This document shows, piece by piece, positions 48,678 through 63,900 of a stretch of DNA of 64,000 bases (the first letter of the stretch is position 1; each line of letters opens with the position of its first letter). The notes under the pieces were generated by a model, which was given only the letters and a program-made list of their open reading frames with translations, was not told the DNA's origin and made no database searches. The stretch is taken from assembly GCA_964016885.1 (NCBI GenBank), contig OZ024742.1, forward strand, positions 92,938,001-93,002,000, written 5' to 3'. The DNA comes from Eledone cirrhosa (Eukaryota). Made by a program: the position numbers and the translations under genes.

Positions 48678-49172
48678 TTCATCATCATCATCATCATCTT
48701 CGTTTAACGTCCATCTTCCACACTAGCATGGGTTAGACGGGAGTTGTCCCACTTGAGGCAAGGTTGGTTGGGTGATCGTGTCTCACTCATATAGGACTAT
48801 CTGGCAGGTTTTCTATGGCTGGATGCCCTTTCTAACACCAACCACATTTACAGTGTAAACTGGAAACTTTTTACCATCTTACCTACACAGCCACATTACA
48901 GCGTGGACTGTGTGTTTTTTTGTTGTGACACCTACACGATCTCGATCTCGATCTCATTATCTCATTTATTTGGACTGAATGTTGTGGTACCAACTTTACA
49001 GAGAGAGGGTGGTGTTGGTGGGAGTGGGAGGATAGAGTAGGGGTAGTGGATTGGGGTGTATATTTGGTTAAGAGGTGCCTACTGACTGTAGGTTTTGCTT
49101 TGTTCATAGGCAAGGCGGGTCTTCTGTATTACTGCGTAGTGCCAAAGATCTCGGTCCAGTGACATTGTCTTA
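48678..49172 (-). mobile_element. RTE 3' end (copy M) inserted in Gypsy pol
   Basis: GAT tail, [18 protein letters not shown]. Confidence 0.9.
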
Positions 49173-50505
49173 GATAACTTGGAAATACTAAAATAAATGA
49201 TAATAAGTGGATGACCAGAAACAGTGATGTACTGACACATATAAGAAACTACTGGTCATTGAAAAAATTCTTATCAGTACAAAACGGCTTAGTGACAAAA
49301 GGTAAAAACATAGTCATACCAAAAAATATGCAAAACAATGTTCTTCAAAGATTTCATGATGCCCCCCGCCACAAGGAAATGAAAAATGTCTACTCAAAGC
49401 AAAGAATAGTGTTTATTGGAGAGGTGTAAGCAAAGACATTGAAAAGCTAGTAATTTCATGTAAAATATGCAATGGGCACCAAAGAAAAAATATCAAAGAG
49501 ACAATGGTAATCAAAGAACACCCATCTAGACGATTCCAAAATGTTGCAGCTAACATCTTTGACTTCAAAGGTCAACGATGTTTACTCCTTGCTGGTCAAT
49601 GCAGCAAAATACTTTTTGTCAAGACTGTAAAGAGCAACACTAACTATATCTGCATTGAATGTTTCAAAGCTATCTTTGCTGTTCATGGCATTCCAGAACG
49701 CTTGTATACAGACAATGCCACATATTTTGTGACAAATGAGTTCCACAACTTTGCTACACATCACATCCAGTCCAAGATACCCACAATCAAATGGTTTCAT
49801 AGAATGAATGGTTCCAACAGTATAAAAAATCAAATAAGGATTGTCAAATAGCTCTTCTATGCCCAAGAGCAACCTCTCTAGACAATCACTTACCGTAACC
49901 AGCACATAAACTATTCAACAGAAAAATATGGACAAGAATTTCAACTATGTTGAAAACTTACATTGCAAATGAAAATCAATCTGATAAAGGATGAACGTCA
50001 AAAGTAAATAACAAAAACAATAGTACAACAGAAATTCAGAAGACCTTCCTGAATAAGTTATAGACAGCAAAATGTCTGCCTTTCAAGAAAATAACACATG
50101 GCAACCAACAACAGCCATAGACAAATATATAGAACCACACAGCTACATCATCAGAATGTACAGCAATGGATGATGTCTCAGATGCAACAGGTGTCACTGA
50201 CAGGAGTTAAACAGTCCACAGAAACAAGTCACTGCCAGTTTAACAGCTCAACAGATCTGAGACAATGATCCACCAGTATTGGCCTACATGGGTGCTTGCT
50301 CCAGGGTGAACTCAGTGCCCCAGCTTCTACACTCAGTGTGTTTGGCTCACACTGCCACAGGTGCAGACTGACCAGCCAGCAGCACCATTTGCCACCTTGT
50401 GGGAATAAGAAAACCCTCAGCAAAACGTAAGGACTTTGTATGGATCATAGATACATAACACATTGGATAATTCATAATGTCTAATTTCTAATTTGATAAG
50501 GGGTA

Positions 50506-50675
50506 TGTAAAACGATGTTTCAATTTAGTATTTCATGAATTATATCCCCTTGTGTGTGTATTAAAAAAAGGATGTCACATGATTTGATATTAAAAATTAA
50601 GATAAATAAGATGGTAAAATAAAGTAACACATTTAAAAATCTGTCTGCTTTATTTGAGTAAAACAACAAATGTCA
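50506..50675 (+). repeat. 3' LTR
   Basis: Aligns to 43963-44130; preceded by ataagggg. Confidence 0.82.
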
Positions 50676-50889
50676 GCCATGTTCACTAATACTAGCGAAT
50701 ATCTGTATTTATCCCTGTACAATGTCTCATGAACAAACTGAGTCAAATTAAGGTAGGGAGAACCCTTTGATCTTGATGAGGACTTGATAACCTCTCTAGT
50801 GCTGATAGCATGATAATTCACATGTGGTGCACTCTGTAAACTGGTAGATGGATTGAAAATAGACATTATAGGGTAGCACATTACAACGG

Positions 50890-51185
50890 CTCAACTGCTG
50901 GTGTTATGATAAAATGTACTCAGTACACTCTGTAAAGAAATCATGCTGATGTCATGATAAAATTGATAAAATGCAGTGCCACAAGTAGAAACAATTATTG
51001 TTAGTGTCATGATAAAATGCATGCAGTATACTTTGCACAGTGATTGGCCTTAGGAAGAGCATCCAGCCATAGAAACCATGATAAAATAGGGAATATATGA
51101 ACAAGATGTGGTTATCTTCTCCTGTTTTGTCTCAGATTGTAACAACCTGTACAACCCATGCTAATAAAATGGACATATAATGATA
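50890..51185 (+). mobile_element. Decayed SINE-like body sharing the UTR module and tail with the RTE
   Basis: cagtacactctgtaaag, ttaggaagagcatccagcc, aacccatgcta..ggacat..atgat. Confidence 0.6.
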
Positions 51186-52022
51186 TATACATATATATAT
51201 CTATATAATCAGTAGGAAAGGCATCTAGTCATAGAAACCAAGCTTGTATGTATGTACGTATGAATGTATGTATATAGTTCTCTTGCCTATAATGTTTTCC
51301 ATTTATTTTTGCTTTTTTTCTTGGTTTTGGTTCAATTATAATATAGTAAAACATTTGATAACTTCAGAAACTTCTTGCTACTTTGATATACTGCCACTCA
51401 GTTTCTCTACTTTTCTGTCTGTCTGTATGTATGTCAGTCTGTGTGCTTTTCTATCATTTCATTTTCATTATTATTTTTTTTTTTTTTCCATTTTCCCAAT
51501 AACATCGTGCTGCTACTATTACCAGTAATGGAAAAACAAAATTCTTCTCCCTTTAGCCACTCATTCAGCCATCCTGACTCCTTATTTCTGTCTTTTCCAA
51601 TGTTTTATGACAAAAACTTAATTTAAAACAAGGACTGCAGTTAATATGCTATGAAGTATTTGTACCCCTAGTCTGTTAGCCTCAAGCATCAACGCTACAT
51701 ATATTAGTTTTATTCACCTGTATTTGGAACATGGTCAAAACTATGACATTTCTTAGCTTACAATTCTTGCGTTATGTTTTTTTTCTTTACTATTTTTAAT
51801 TCTTTTTTTTATTTTTGTATTTTGGAATTGGTTAATTTCTCAGTGAATAACACTTCACCTCATGTTCCTATTTTATTCTTCTACTTATAAATATATATTC
51901 ATATCTAACTATCTATCTACCTATGTCTCCCTTGCTTTCTTGCTCACTATATCTCTCTCTCTCTCTTCTATATATATTTATATATAATTGTATATACACA
52001 TACATTCATATAACGTACATAA

Positions 52023-52106
<84 letters not shown>

Positions 52107-52433
52107 TATATATATAATATATATATATAATAAATATATATATTATATTCTATTTACATATACACACACACAGACACACACACAGACACACACACACACA
52201 CATATATTAGGAACATTTGTATCTATCTATCAAAAAGTTCCATTTTGTTTTCTTTCCTTCTTTTTTCTCTTCTTTCTTTCTACTATTCTTCCTCTGTTTC
52301 CTCCCACACTAGTTATATATATGCACACACAATAAAATTGAGCTTATAATTCATAACCCTTTTATTTGTGACTCTACTTTCCCCCAAAGGGCAGAAGTGA
52401 TATAAAGTTATAATTTTGTCAAATATTGGTCGA

Positions 52434-53994
52434 CATAAAACCAGTCTTTTATGCAAAAGCCATTATTTTATAAAGAAATATTAACATCATGTTCTTATAT
52501 ATATACAGCAGACTTTTGATTGACTAAACATGTAAAATTTTGCCATGATGTAGGTAACCATGAAAGATAGGTATAGTATATATGTGTGTGTGTGTGATTG
52601 ATTATATGTGTGGTTGTGTATGTTGCTGTGTCTGTGGCTGGGTGTGTGGCTGCGTGTGTGGTTGGATTTGTGGCTGGACGTGTGGTTGTGTGTGATTCAG
52701 TGTGGTTGTGTGTGTGGTTCAGTGTGTATATGTGGCTATGTGTCTATGGCCATGTGTCTGTGGCCATGTATCTCTAGCCATGGCTGGTTACCAGTCTTGG
52801 TGCCAAAACATTTAGTTTTATTGCTGAGTGAACTGGAGCAATGTGAAATAAAGTGTTTTGCTCAAGAACATGTTCTATTAATTGGTTCAGGAATCAAACC
52901 CTCAACTTTAAGATTGTGAACTCAATATCATGATCACTAAACTACAAACCTTCACCCAAGTAGCAATGCATTTTTAGAATAATTCAAGAGAATGCAGTGG
53001 GAGTGAACATTGTCTATAACCCAACTCAGTGAAAGTAACAGACATGTTTCAATCTTATTAGATCTCATCAACAAAGCATATTGGCTTGACTGTGAATGGT
53101 TAGATAAATATAGGAAAGGGGAGAGTTTCATTAATACTTATTAACATATTCATAAATTGTATAGGAATGTCAAAATAACTAAGAAATTTTCCTTACAATC
53201 TTGAAGTTCTAGGTTTGATCACAGAGTGTGGTATCTTTGATAAGTGTCTTTTACCCTAGCCAGAGTTGACTCAAGCTTTGTTAGGGAAAATTAAATAAAT
53301 GGAAACAGTGAGAGCCATCAGATATCCAGCTTTGTCACACACTGTGTCATGCTTATGATACCTGAGGATTACATAAAGAGTACACTTATCTGTGGAATAC
53401 TCAACCACTTACACTAAAGGGCTTGAAAGGTGCACGCTCTAGTGGTTAGGTACATTGTGTTCTTGAGCAAGACACTTTATTTTATGTTGCTTCAGTTCAC
53501 TCAACAAGGATCAGTGTTGCCACACACTGTGTCATGCTGAATCTCCCTGAGAATTACATTATTGGTGGAATGCTCAACCTCTTACATATTAATTTCATGA
53601 GCAGGTAGTTTCATTGATTGGATCATCTGGAGCACTTGTTGTCAGAAATGTTGGGGGTCTAGTAACAACATAAAGGGTACACATGACTGTGGAATATATA
53701 TAGCCGTGTACACTATACAGATTTGACCCCACTGTGGGGGCATCTTTTATCATAGCCATAGTTGACTCAAGCTTTGTGTAGAAATGCAACAGATAGCCAG
53801 CCTTAGTAATGGTACATAAAGATTATGTTAAAAGTATATATGTCTGTGGAATACTCAGCCACATAAAAAACAGTCTTTTATGCAAAAAGCCATTATTTTC
53901 TTAAGAAATATTAATATGGACTTCTTATATGTATGGCTGATTTTTCAATTGACAAAACACATAAAATTTTGCCATGATGCAGGTAACCATGAAA
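52434..53994. repeat. ~130-bp diverged direct repeat (52434-52565, 53862-53994) enclosing SINE debris (e.g. 52823-52945 minus, 53430-53660 plus)
   Basis: cagtcttttatgcaaaa..gccatgatg.aggtaaccatgaaa occurs twice; cttgagcaagacacttt core fragments lie between. Confidence 0.65.
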
Positions 53995-54147
53995 TATATG
54001 TGCAGCCACTGACACTATATTTCAATGAGGCTGCAGTAGTGTTGATCAAACTGGAATACTCGTTGAAACTGGCAGAAGATCTATTTACTTGTATGTTTTT
54101 AATGTATTCATGATCAATAACCTCCACATATACACACATGCGTGCAC

Positions 54148-54183
<36 letters not shown>

Positions 54184-54307
54184 AAGCATCTGTATAATCA
54201 CAGAAAAAAGATACACACACTCCTTCACAAGAATTTATTTGTTTCATGTGTGTGTGCATGGATATGTGTGTGCTCCCATAACTAAATGTGTGCGTGCGTG
54301 TACAGAC

Positions 54308-54428
<121 letters not shown>

Positions 54429-54451
54429 TATATACACACATATATTTATAT

Positions 54452-54482
<31 letters not shown>

Positions 54483-54959
54483 CACATTAACACACAAACT
54501 ATGCATATATACATAATAAATATATAAATATATATATGATATATATAAATATATACACATATACACAAATGCTTGTGTAACTACACGTATATATATATAT
54601 ACACATGTATGTATATGTTTGTGTGCGTGTGAATAGAAAGAGAGAGCCAAAGAAATCTATTTTATTTATCTCAGTATTATATCCTGGGGAAGTTCACATT
54701 GTCTAAGATGAAGTCCGATGTTGTTGATAAACACAAGAATTAGATCTAGTGGAGAACCCATCCCCAGGTTGAAGGCAAATGTGATGATGCCAAACAAATG
54801 ATGATGATGATGATAAAAGAATGAAAAACAAAAGAAAAATTTGCAATTGCAAAGAAGATCATTATGTTCATCTTATCGCATTTCTGGAACAACTTTGTGA
54901 TAATTCACTTTCTGCATCATGGATATGACATCATTGAACTAACAACAGTAATTGGTCAT

Positions 54960-57900
54960 CTGGTAGACTGGCTGGCTGGCTGGGTAGCTAGATAGTTGAA
55001 TGGCTGACTGGCTAGATGGATGGATGCCTGGATAGTTGGATGGCTGGTTGGCTAGTGTAACTGGCTGGCTGGATTACTAGATAACTAGATGGTTGTATGT
55101 CTGACTGGATAGTTGGCTAGTATGACTGGCTGGCTGGATTACAAGATAACTAGATGGTTGTATGTCTGACTGGATAGTTGGATGGTATGACTGGCTGGCT
55201 GGATTACTAGATAACTAGATGGTTGTATGTCTGACTGGATAGTTGGATGGTATGACTGGCTGGCTGGATTACTAGATAACTAGATGGTTGTATGTCTGAC
55301 TGGAGAGTTGGATGGTATGACTGGCTGGCTGGATTACTAGATGGTTGTATGTCTGACTGGATAGTTGGCTGATTGACTGGCTGGCTGGATTACTAGATAA
55401 CTAGATGGTTGTATGTCTGACTGGATAGTTGGATGATTGACTGGCTGGCTGGATAACTATATAACTAGATGGTTATATCTCTGACTGGATAGTTGGCTGA
55501 TTGACTGGCTGGCTGGATTACTAGATAACTAGATGGTTGTATCTCTGACTGGATAGTTGGCTGGTATGACTGGCTGGCTGAATTACTAGATAACTAAATG
55601 GTTGTATGTCTGACTGGATAGTTGGCTGATTGACTGGCTGGCTGGATTACTAGATAACTAGATGGTTGTATGTCTGACTGGATAGTTGGCTGGTATAACT
55701 GGCTGGATTACTAGATAACTAGATGGTTGTATGTCTGACTGGATAGTTGGATGGTATGACTGGCTGGCTGGATTACTAGATAACTAGATGGTTGTATGTC
55801 TGACTGGATAGTTGGATGATTGACTGGCTGGCTGGATTACTAGATAACTAGATGGTTGTATGTCTGACTGGATAGTTGGATGATTGACTGGCTGGCTGGA
55901 TACTAGATAACTAGATGGTTGTATGTCTGACTGGATAGTTGGCTGATTGACTGGCTGGCTGGATTACTAGATAACTAGATGGTTGTATGTCTGACTGGAT
56001 AGTTGGATGGTATGACGGGTTTGCTGGATTACTAGATAACTAGATGGTTGTATGTCTGACTGGATAGTTGGCTGGTATGACTGGCTGGCTGGATACTAGA
56101 TAACTAGATGGTTGTATGGCTGACTGGATTGTTGGCTGATTGACTGGCTGGCTGGATTACTAGATAACTAGATGGTTGTATGTCTGACTGGATAGTTGGA
56201 TGGTATGACTGGCTGGCTGGATTACTAGATAACTAGATGGTTGTATGTCTGACTGGATAGTTGGATGATTGACTGGCTGGCTGGATTACTAGATAACTAG
56301 ATGGTTGTATGTCTGACTGGATAGTTGGATGATTGACTGGCTGGCTGGATACTAGATAACTAGATGGTTGTATGTCTGACTGGATAGTTGGCTGATTGAC
56401 TGGCTGGCTGGATTACTAGATAACTAGATGGTTGTATGTCTGACTGGATAGTTGGATGGTATGACGGGTTTGCTGGATTACTAGATAACTAGATGGTTGT
56501 ATGTCTGACTGGATAGTTGGCTGGTATGACTGGCTGGCTGGATACTAGATAACTAGATGGTTGTATGGCTGACTGGATTGTTGGCTGATTGACTGGCTGG
56601 CTGGATTACTAGATAACTAGATGGTTGTATGTCTGACTGGATAGTTGGCTGATTGACTGGCTGGCTGCATTACTAGATAACTAGATGGTTGTATGTCTGA
56701 CTGGATAGTTGGCTGATTGACTGGCTGGATGGATTACTAGATAACTAGATGGTTGTATGTCTGACTGGATAGTTGGATGATTGACTGGCTGGCTATTACT
56801 AGATAACTAGATGGTTGTATATCTGACTGGATAGTTGGCTAGTATGACTGGCTGGCTGGATTACTAGATAACTAGATGGTTGTATGTCTGACTGGATAGT
56901 TGGCTGATTGACTGGCTGGCTGGATTACTAGATAACTAGATGGTTGTATGTCTGACTGGATAGTTGGCTGGTATGACTGGCTGGCTGGATTACTAGATAA
57001 CTAGATGGTTGTATGTCTGACTGGATAGTTGGCTGATTGACTGGCTGGCTGGATTACTAGATAACTAGAGGGTTGTATGTCTGACTGGAGAGTTGGATGG
57101 TATGACTGGCTGGCTGGATTACTAGATAACTAGATGGTTGTATGTCTGACTGGATAGTTGGCTGGTATGACTGGCTGGCTGGATTACTAGATAACTAGAT
57201 GGTTGTATGTCTGACTGGATAGTTGGCTGATTGACTGGCTGGCTGGATTACTAGATAACTAGATGGTTGTATCTCTGACTGGATAGTTGGCTGATTGACT
57301 GGCTGGCTGGATTACTAGATAACTAGATGGTTGTATGTCTGACTGGATAGTTGGCTGATTGACTGGCTGGCTGGATTACTAGATAACTAGATGGTTGTAT
57401 GTCTGACTGGATAGTTGGCTGGTATAACTGGCTGGTTGGATTACTAGATAACTAGATGGTTGTATGTCTGACTGGATAGTTGGATGGTATGACTGGCTGG
57501 CTGGATTACTAGATAACTAGATGGTTGTATGTCTGACTGGATAGTTGGATGATTGACTGGCTGGCTGGATTACTAGATAACTAGATGGTTGTATGTCTGA
57601 CTGGATAGTTGGATGATTGACTGGCTGGCTGGATACTAGATAACTAGATGGTTGTATGTCTGACTGGATAGTTGGCTGATTGACTGGCTGGCTGGATTAC
57701 TAGATGGTTGTATGTCTGACTGGATAGTTGGATGGTATGACTGGTTTGCTGGATTACTAGATAACTAGATGGTTGTATGTCTGACTGGATTGTTGCCTGA
57801 TTGACAGGCTGGCTGGATTACTAGATAACTAGATGGTTGTATGTCTGACTGGATAGTTGGCTAGGATGACTGGCTGGCTGGATTACTAGATAACTAGATG

Positions 57901-60900
57901 GTTGTATGTCTGACTGGATAGTTGGCTGATTGACTGGCTGGATTACTAGATAACTAGATGGTTGTATGTCTGACTGGATAGTTGGCTGGTAGGACTGGCT
58001 GGCTGGATTACTAGATAACTAGATGGTTGTATGTCTGACTGGATAGTTGGCTGGTATGACTGGCTGGCTGGATTACTAGATAACTAGATGGTTGTATGTC
58101 TGACTGGATAGTTGGCTGGTATGACTGGCTGGCTGGATTACTAGATAACTAGATGGTTGTATGTCTGACTGGATAGTTGGCTGGTATGACTGGCTGGCTG
58201 GATTACTAGATAACTAGATGGTTGTATGTCTGACTGGATAGTTGGCTAGTATGACTGGCTGGCTGGATTACTAGATAACTAGATGGTTGTATGTCTGACT
58301 GGAGAGTTGGCTGGTATGACTGGCTGGTTGGATTACTAGATAACTAGATGGTTGTATCTCTGACTGGATAGTTGGCTGATTGACTGGCTGGCTGGATTAC
58401 TAGATAACTAGATGGTTGTATGTCTGACTGGATAGTTGGATGATTGACTGGCTGGCTGGATTACTATATAACTAGATGGTTGTATCTCTGACTGGATAGT
58501 TGGCTGATTGACTGGCTGGCTGGATTACTAGATAACTAGATGGTTGTATCTCTGACTGGATAGTTGGCTGATTGACTGGCTGGCTGGATTACTAGATAAC
58601 TAGATGGTTGTATGTCTGACTGGATAGTTAGATGATTGACTGGCTGGCTGGATTACTAGATAGCTAGATGGTTGTATGTCTGACTGGATAGTTGGCTGGT
58701 ATAACTGGCTGGTTGGATTACTAGATAACTAGATGGTTGTATGTCTGACTGGATAGTTGGATGGTATGACTGGCTGGCTGGATTACTAGATAACTAGATG
58801 GTTGTATGTCTGACTGGATAGTTGGATGATTGACTGGCTGGCTGGATTACTAGATAACTAGATGGTTGTATGTCTGACTGGATAGTTGGATGATTGACTG
58901 GCTGGCTGGATACTAGATAACTAGATGGTTGTATGTCTGACTGGATAGTTGGCTGATTGACTGGCTGGCCGGATTACTAGATAACTAGATGGTTGTATGT
59001 CTGACTGGATAGTTGGATGGTATGACTGGTTTGCTGGATTACTAGATAACTAGATGGTTGTATGTCTGACTGGATTGTTGGCTGATTGACTGGCTGGCTG
59101 GATTACTAGATAACTAGATGGTTGTATGTCTGACTGGATAGTTGGCTAGGATGACTGGCTGGCTGGAATACTAGATAACTAGATGGTTGTAAGTCTGACT
59201 GGATAGTTGGCTAGTATGACTGGCTGGCTGGATTACTAGATAACTAGATGGTTGTATATCTGACTGGATAGTTGGCTAGTATGACTGGCTGGCTGGATTA
59301 CTAGATAACTAGATAGTTGTATGTCTGACTGGATACTTGGCTGATTGATGGGCTGGCTGGATTACTAGATAACTAGATGGTTGTGTCTGACTGGATAGTT
59401 GGCTGATTGACTGGCTGGCTGGATTACTAGATAACTAGATGGTTGTATGTCTGACTGGATAGTTGGCTAGTATGACTGGCTGGCTGGATTACTAGATAAC
59501 TAGATGGTTGTATGTCTGACTGGATAGTTGGCTGGTATGACTGGCTGGCTGGATTACTAGATATCTAGATGGTTGTATGTCTGACTGGATAGTTGGCTGG
59601 TATGACTGGCTGGCTGGATTACTAGATAACTAGATGGTTGTATGTCTGACTGGATTGTTGGTTGATTGACTGGCTGGTTGGATTACTAGATAACTAGATG
59701 GTTGTATGTCTGACTGGATAGTTGGCTGATATGACTGGCTGGCTGGATTACTAGATAACTAGATGGTTGTATGTCTGACTGGATAGTTGGCTGATTGATG
59801 GGCTGGCTGGATTACTAGATAACTAGATGGTTGTATGTCTGACTGGATAGTTGGCTGATTGATGGGCTGGCTGGATTACTAGATAACTAGATGGTTGTAT
59901 GTCTGACTGGATAGTTGGCTGGTATGACTGGCTGGCTGGATTACTAGATAACTAGATGGTTGTATGTCTGACTGGATAGTTGGCTGATATGACTGGCTGG
60001 CTGGATTACTAGATAACTAGATGGTTGTATGTCTGACTGGATAGTTGGATGGTATGACTGGCTGGCTGGATTACTAGATAACTAGATGGTTGTATGTCTG
60101 ACCGGAGAGTTGGCTGGTATGACTGGCTGGCTGGATTACTAGATAACTAGATGGTTGTATGTCTGACTGGATAGTTGGCTAGTATGACTGGCTGGCTGGA
60201 TTACTAGATAACTAGATGGTTGTATGTCTGACTGGATAGTTGGATGGTATGACTGGCTGGCTGGATTACTAGATAACTAGATGGTTGTATGTCTGACTGG
60301 AGAGTTGGATGGTATGACTGGCAGGCTGGATTACTAGATAACTAGATGGTTGTATGTCTGACTGGATAGTTGGCTGATTGACTGGCTGGCTGGATTACTA
60401 GATAACTAGATGGTTGTATGTCTGACTGGATAGTTGGATGATTGACTGGCTGGCTGGATTACTAGATAACTAGATGGTTGTATCTCTGACTGGATAGTTG
60501 GCTGGTATGACTGGCTGGCTGGATTACTAGATAACTAAATGGTTGTATGTCTGACTGGATAGTTGGCTGATTGACTGGCTGGCTGGATTACTAGATAACT
60601 AGATGGTTGTATGTCTGACTGGATAGTTGGCTGGTATGACTGGCTGGCTGGATACTAGATAACTAGATGGTTGTATGTCTGACTGGATTGTTGGCCGATT
60701 GACTGGCTGGCTGGATTACTAGATAACTAGATGGTTGTATGTCTGACTGGATAGTTGGCTAGGATGACTGGCTGGCTGGAATACTAGATAACTAGATGGT
60801 TGTATGTCTGACTGGATAGTTGGCTGATTGACTGGCTGGCTGGATTACTAGATAACTAGATGGTTGTATATCTGACTGGATAGTTGGCTGATTGACTGGC

Positions 60901-63900
60901 TGGCTGGATTACTAGATAACTAGATGGTTGTATGTCTGACTGGATAGTTGGATGGTATGACTGGCTGGTTGGATTACTAGATAACTAGATGGTTGTATGT
61001 CTGACTGGATATTTGGCTAGTATGACTGGTTGGCTGGATTACTAGATAACTAGATGGTTGTATGTCTGACTGGATAGTTGGCTGGTATGACTGGCTGGCT
61101 GGATTACTAGATAACTAGATGGTTGTATGTCTGACTGGATAGTTGGCTGATTGATGGGCTGGCTGGATTACTAGATAACTAGATGGTTGTATGTCTGACT
61201 GGATAGTTGGCTGGTATGACTGACTGGCTGGATTACTAGATAACTAGATGGTTGTATGTCTGACTGGAGAGTTGGCTGATATGACTGGCTGGCTGGATTA
61301 CTAGATAACTAGATGGTTGTATATCTGACTGGATAGTTGGCTAGTATGACTGGCTGGCTGGATTACTAGATAACTAGATGGTTGTATGTCTGACTGGATA
61401 GTTGGCTGATTGATGGGCTGGCTGGATTACTAGATAACTAGATGGTTGTATGTCTGACTGGATAATTGGCTGATGGACTGGCTGGCTGGATTACTAGATA
61501 ACTAGATGGTTGTATGTCTGACTGGATAGTTGGCTGATTGACTGGCTGGATGGATTACTAGATAACTAGATGGTTGTATGTCTGACTGGATAGTTGGATG
61601 ATTGACTGGCTGGCTGGATTACTAGATAACTAGATGGTTGTATATCTGACTGGATAGTTGGCTAGTATGACTGGCTGGCTGGATTACTAGATAACTAGAT
61701 GGTTGTATGTCTGACTGGATAGTTGGCTGATTGACTGGCTGGCTGGATTACTAGATAACTAGATGGTTGTATGTCTGACTGGATAGTTGGCTGGTATGAC
61801 TGGCTGGCTGGATTACTAGATAACTAGATGGTTGTATGTCTGACTGGATAGTTGGCTGATTGACTGGCTGGCTGGATTACTAGATAACTAGATGGTTGTA
61901 TGTCTGACTGGAGAGTTGGATGGTATGACTGGCTGGCTGGATTACTAGATAACTAGATGGTTGTATGTCTGACTGGATAGTTGGCTGGTATGACTGGCTG
62001 GCTGGATTACTAGATAACTAGATGGTTGTATGTCTGACTGGATAGTTGGCTGATTGACTGGCTGGCTGGATTACTAGATAACTAGATGGTTGTATGTCTG
62101 ACTGGATAGTTGGCTGATTGACTGGCTGGCTGGATTACTAGATAACTAGATGGTTGTATGTCTGACTGGAGAGTTGGATGGTATGACTGGCTGGCTGGAT
62201 TACTAGATAACTAGATGGTTGTATGTCTGACTGGATAGTTGGCTGGTATGACTGGCTGGCTGGATTACTAGATAACTAGATGGTTGTATCTCTGACTGGA
62301 TAGTTGGCTGGTATGACTGGCTGGCTGAATTACTAGATAACTAAATGGTTGTATGTCTGACTGGATAGTTGGCTGATTGACTGGCTGGCTGGATTACTAG
62401 ATAACTAGATGGTTGTATGTCTGACTGGATAGTTGGCTGGTATAACTGGCTGGATTACTAGATAACTAGATGGTTGTATGTCTGACTGGATAGTTGGATG
62501 GTATGACTGGCTGGCTGGATTACTAGATAACTAGATGGTTGTATGTCTGACTGGATAGTTGGATGATTGACTGGCTGGCTGGATTACTAGATAACTAGAT
62601 GGTTGTATGTCTGACTGGATAGTTGGATGATTGACTGGCTGGCTGGATTACTAGATAACTAGATGGTTGTATGTCTGACTGGATAGTTGGCTGATTGACT
62701 GGCTGGCTGGATTACTAGATAACTAGATGGTTGTATGTCTGACTGGATAGTTGGATGGTATGACGGGTTTGCTGGATTACTAGATAACTAGATGGTTGTA
62801 TGTCTGACTGGATAGTTGGCTGGTATGACTGGCTGGCTGGATACTAGATAACTAGATGGTTGTATGGCTGACTGGATTGTTGGCTGATTGACTGGCTGGC
62901 TGGATTACTAGATAACTAGATGGTTGTATGTCTGACTGGATAGTTGGCTGATTGACTGGCTGGCTGCATTACTAGATAACTAGATGGTTGTATGTCTGAC
63001 TGGATAGTTGGCTGATTGACTGGCTGGATGGATTACTAGATAACTAGATGGTTGTATGTCTGACTGGATAGTTGGATGATTGACTGGCTGGCTATTACTA
63101 GATAACTAGATGGTTGTATATCTGACTGGATAGTTGGCTAGTATGACTGGCTGGCTGGATTACTAGATAACTAGATGGTTGTATGTCTGACTGGATAGTT
63201 GGCTGATTGACTGGCTGGCTGGATTACTAGATAACTAGATGGTTGTATGTCTGACTGGATAGTTGGCTGGTATGACTGGCTGGCTGGATTACTAGATAAC
63301 TAGATGGTTGTATGTCTGACTGGATAGTTGGCTGATTGACTGGCTGGCTGGATTACTAGATAACTAGAGGGTTGTATGTCTGACTGGAGAGTTGGATGGT
63401 ATGACTGGCTGGCTGGATTACTAGATAACTAGATGGTTGTATGTCTGACTGGATAGTTGGCTGGTATGACTGGCTGGCTGGATTACTAGATAACTAGATG
63501 GTTGTATGTCTGACTGGATAGTTGGCTGATTGACTGGCTGGCTGGATTACTAGATAACTAGATGGTTGTATCTCTGACTGGATAGTTGGCTGATTGACTG
63601 GCTGGCTGGATTACTAGATAACTAGATGGTTGTATGTCTGACTGGATAGTTGGCTGATTGACTGGCTGGCTGGATTACTAGATAACTAGATGGTTGTATG
63701 TCTGACTGGATAGTTGGCTGGTATAACTGGCTGGTTGGATTACTAGATAACTAGATGGTTGTATGTCTGACTGGATAGTTGGATGGTATGACTGGCTGGC
63801 TGGATTACTAGATAACTAGATGGTTGTATGTCTGACTGGATAGTTGGATGATTGACTGGCTGGCTGGATTACTAGATAACTAGATGGTTGTATGTCTGAC

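Larger units (their letters stand above)
47130..49900 (+). pseudogene. Gypsy pol remnants (RT, RNase H, integrase)
   Basis: LYICLDPKPL..PTLEEI..FTNLDAK; LLGMIRYLSPFI; GLGATL..VAFAS; FHIESDHKSL; HGIPERLYTDN; PRYPQSNG. Many frameshifts. Confidence 0.88.
43963..50675 (+). mobile_element. Ty3/Gypsy LTR retrotransposon, degenerate, with nested insertions
   Basis: Two diverged ~170-bp TG...CA LTRs, a TGG-initial PBS at 44131, a purine tract before 50506, and gag/RT/RNaseH/integrase remnants in Gypsy order. Confidence 0.88.

Noticed and set aside
53041-53071. Minimal hammerhead (minus strand TTGATGAgatc..gattGAAAcatgTC)
   Set aside because: C3 is mutated and stem I does not pair; probably a decayed relic.
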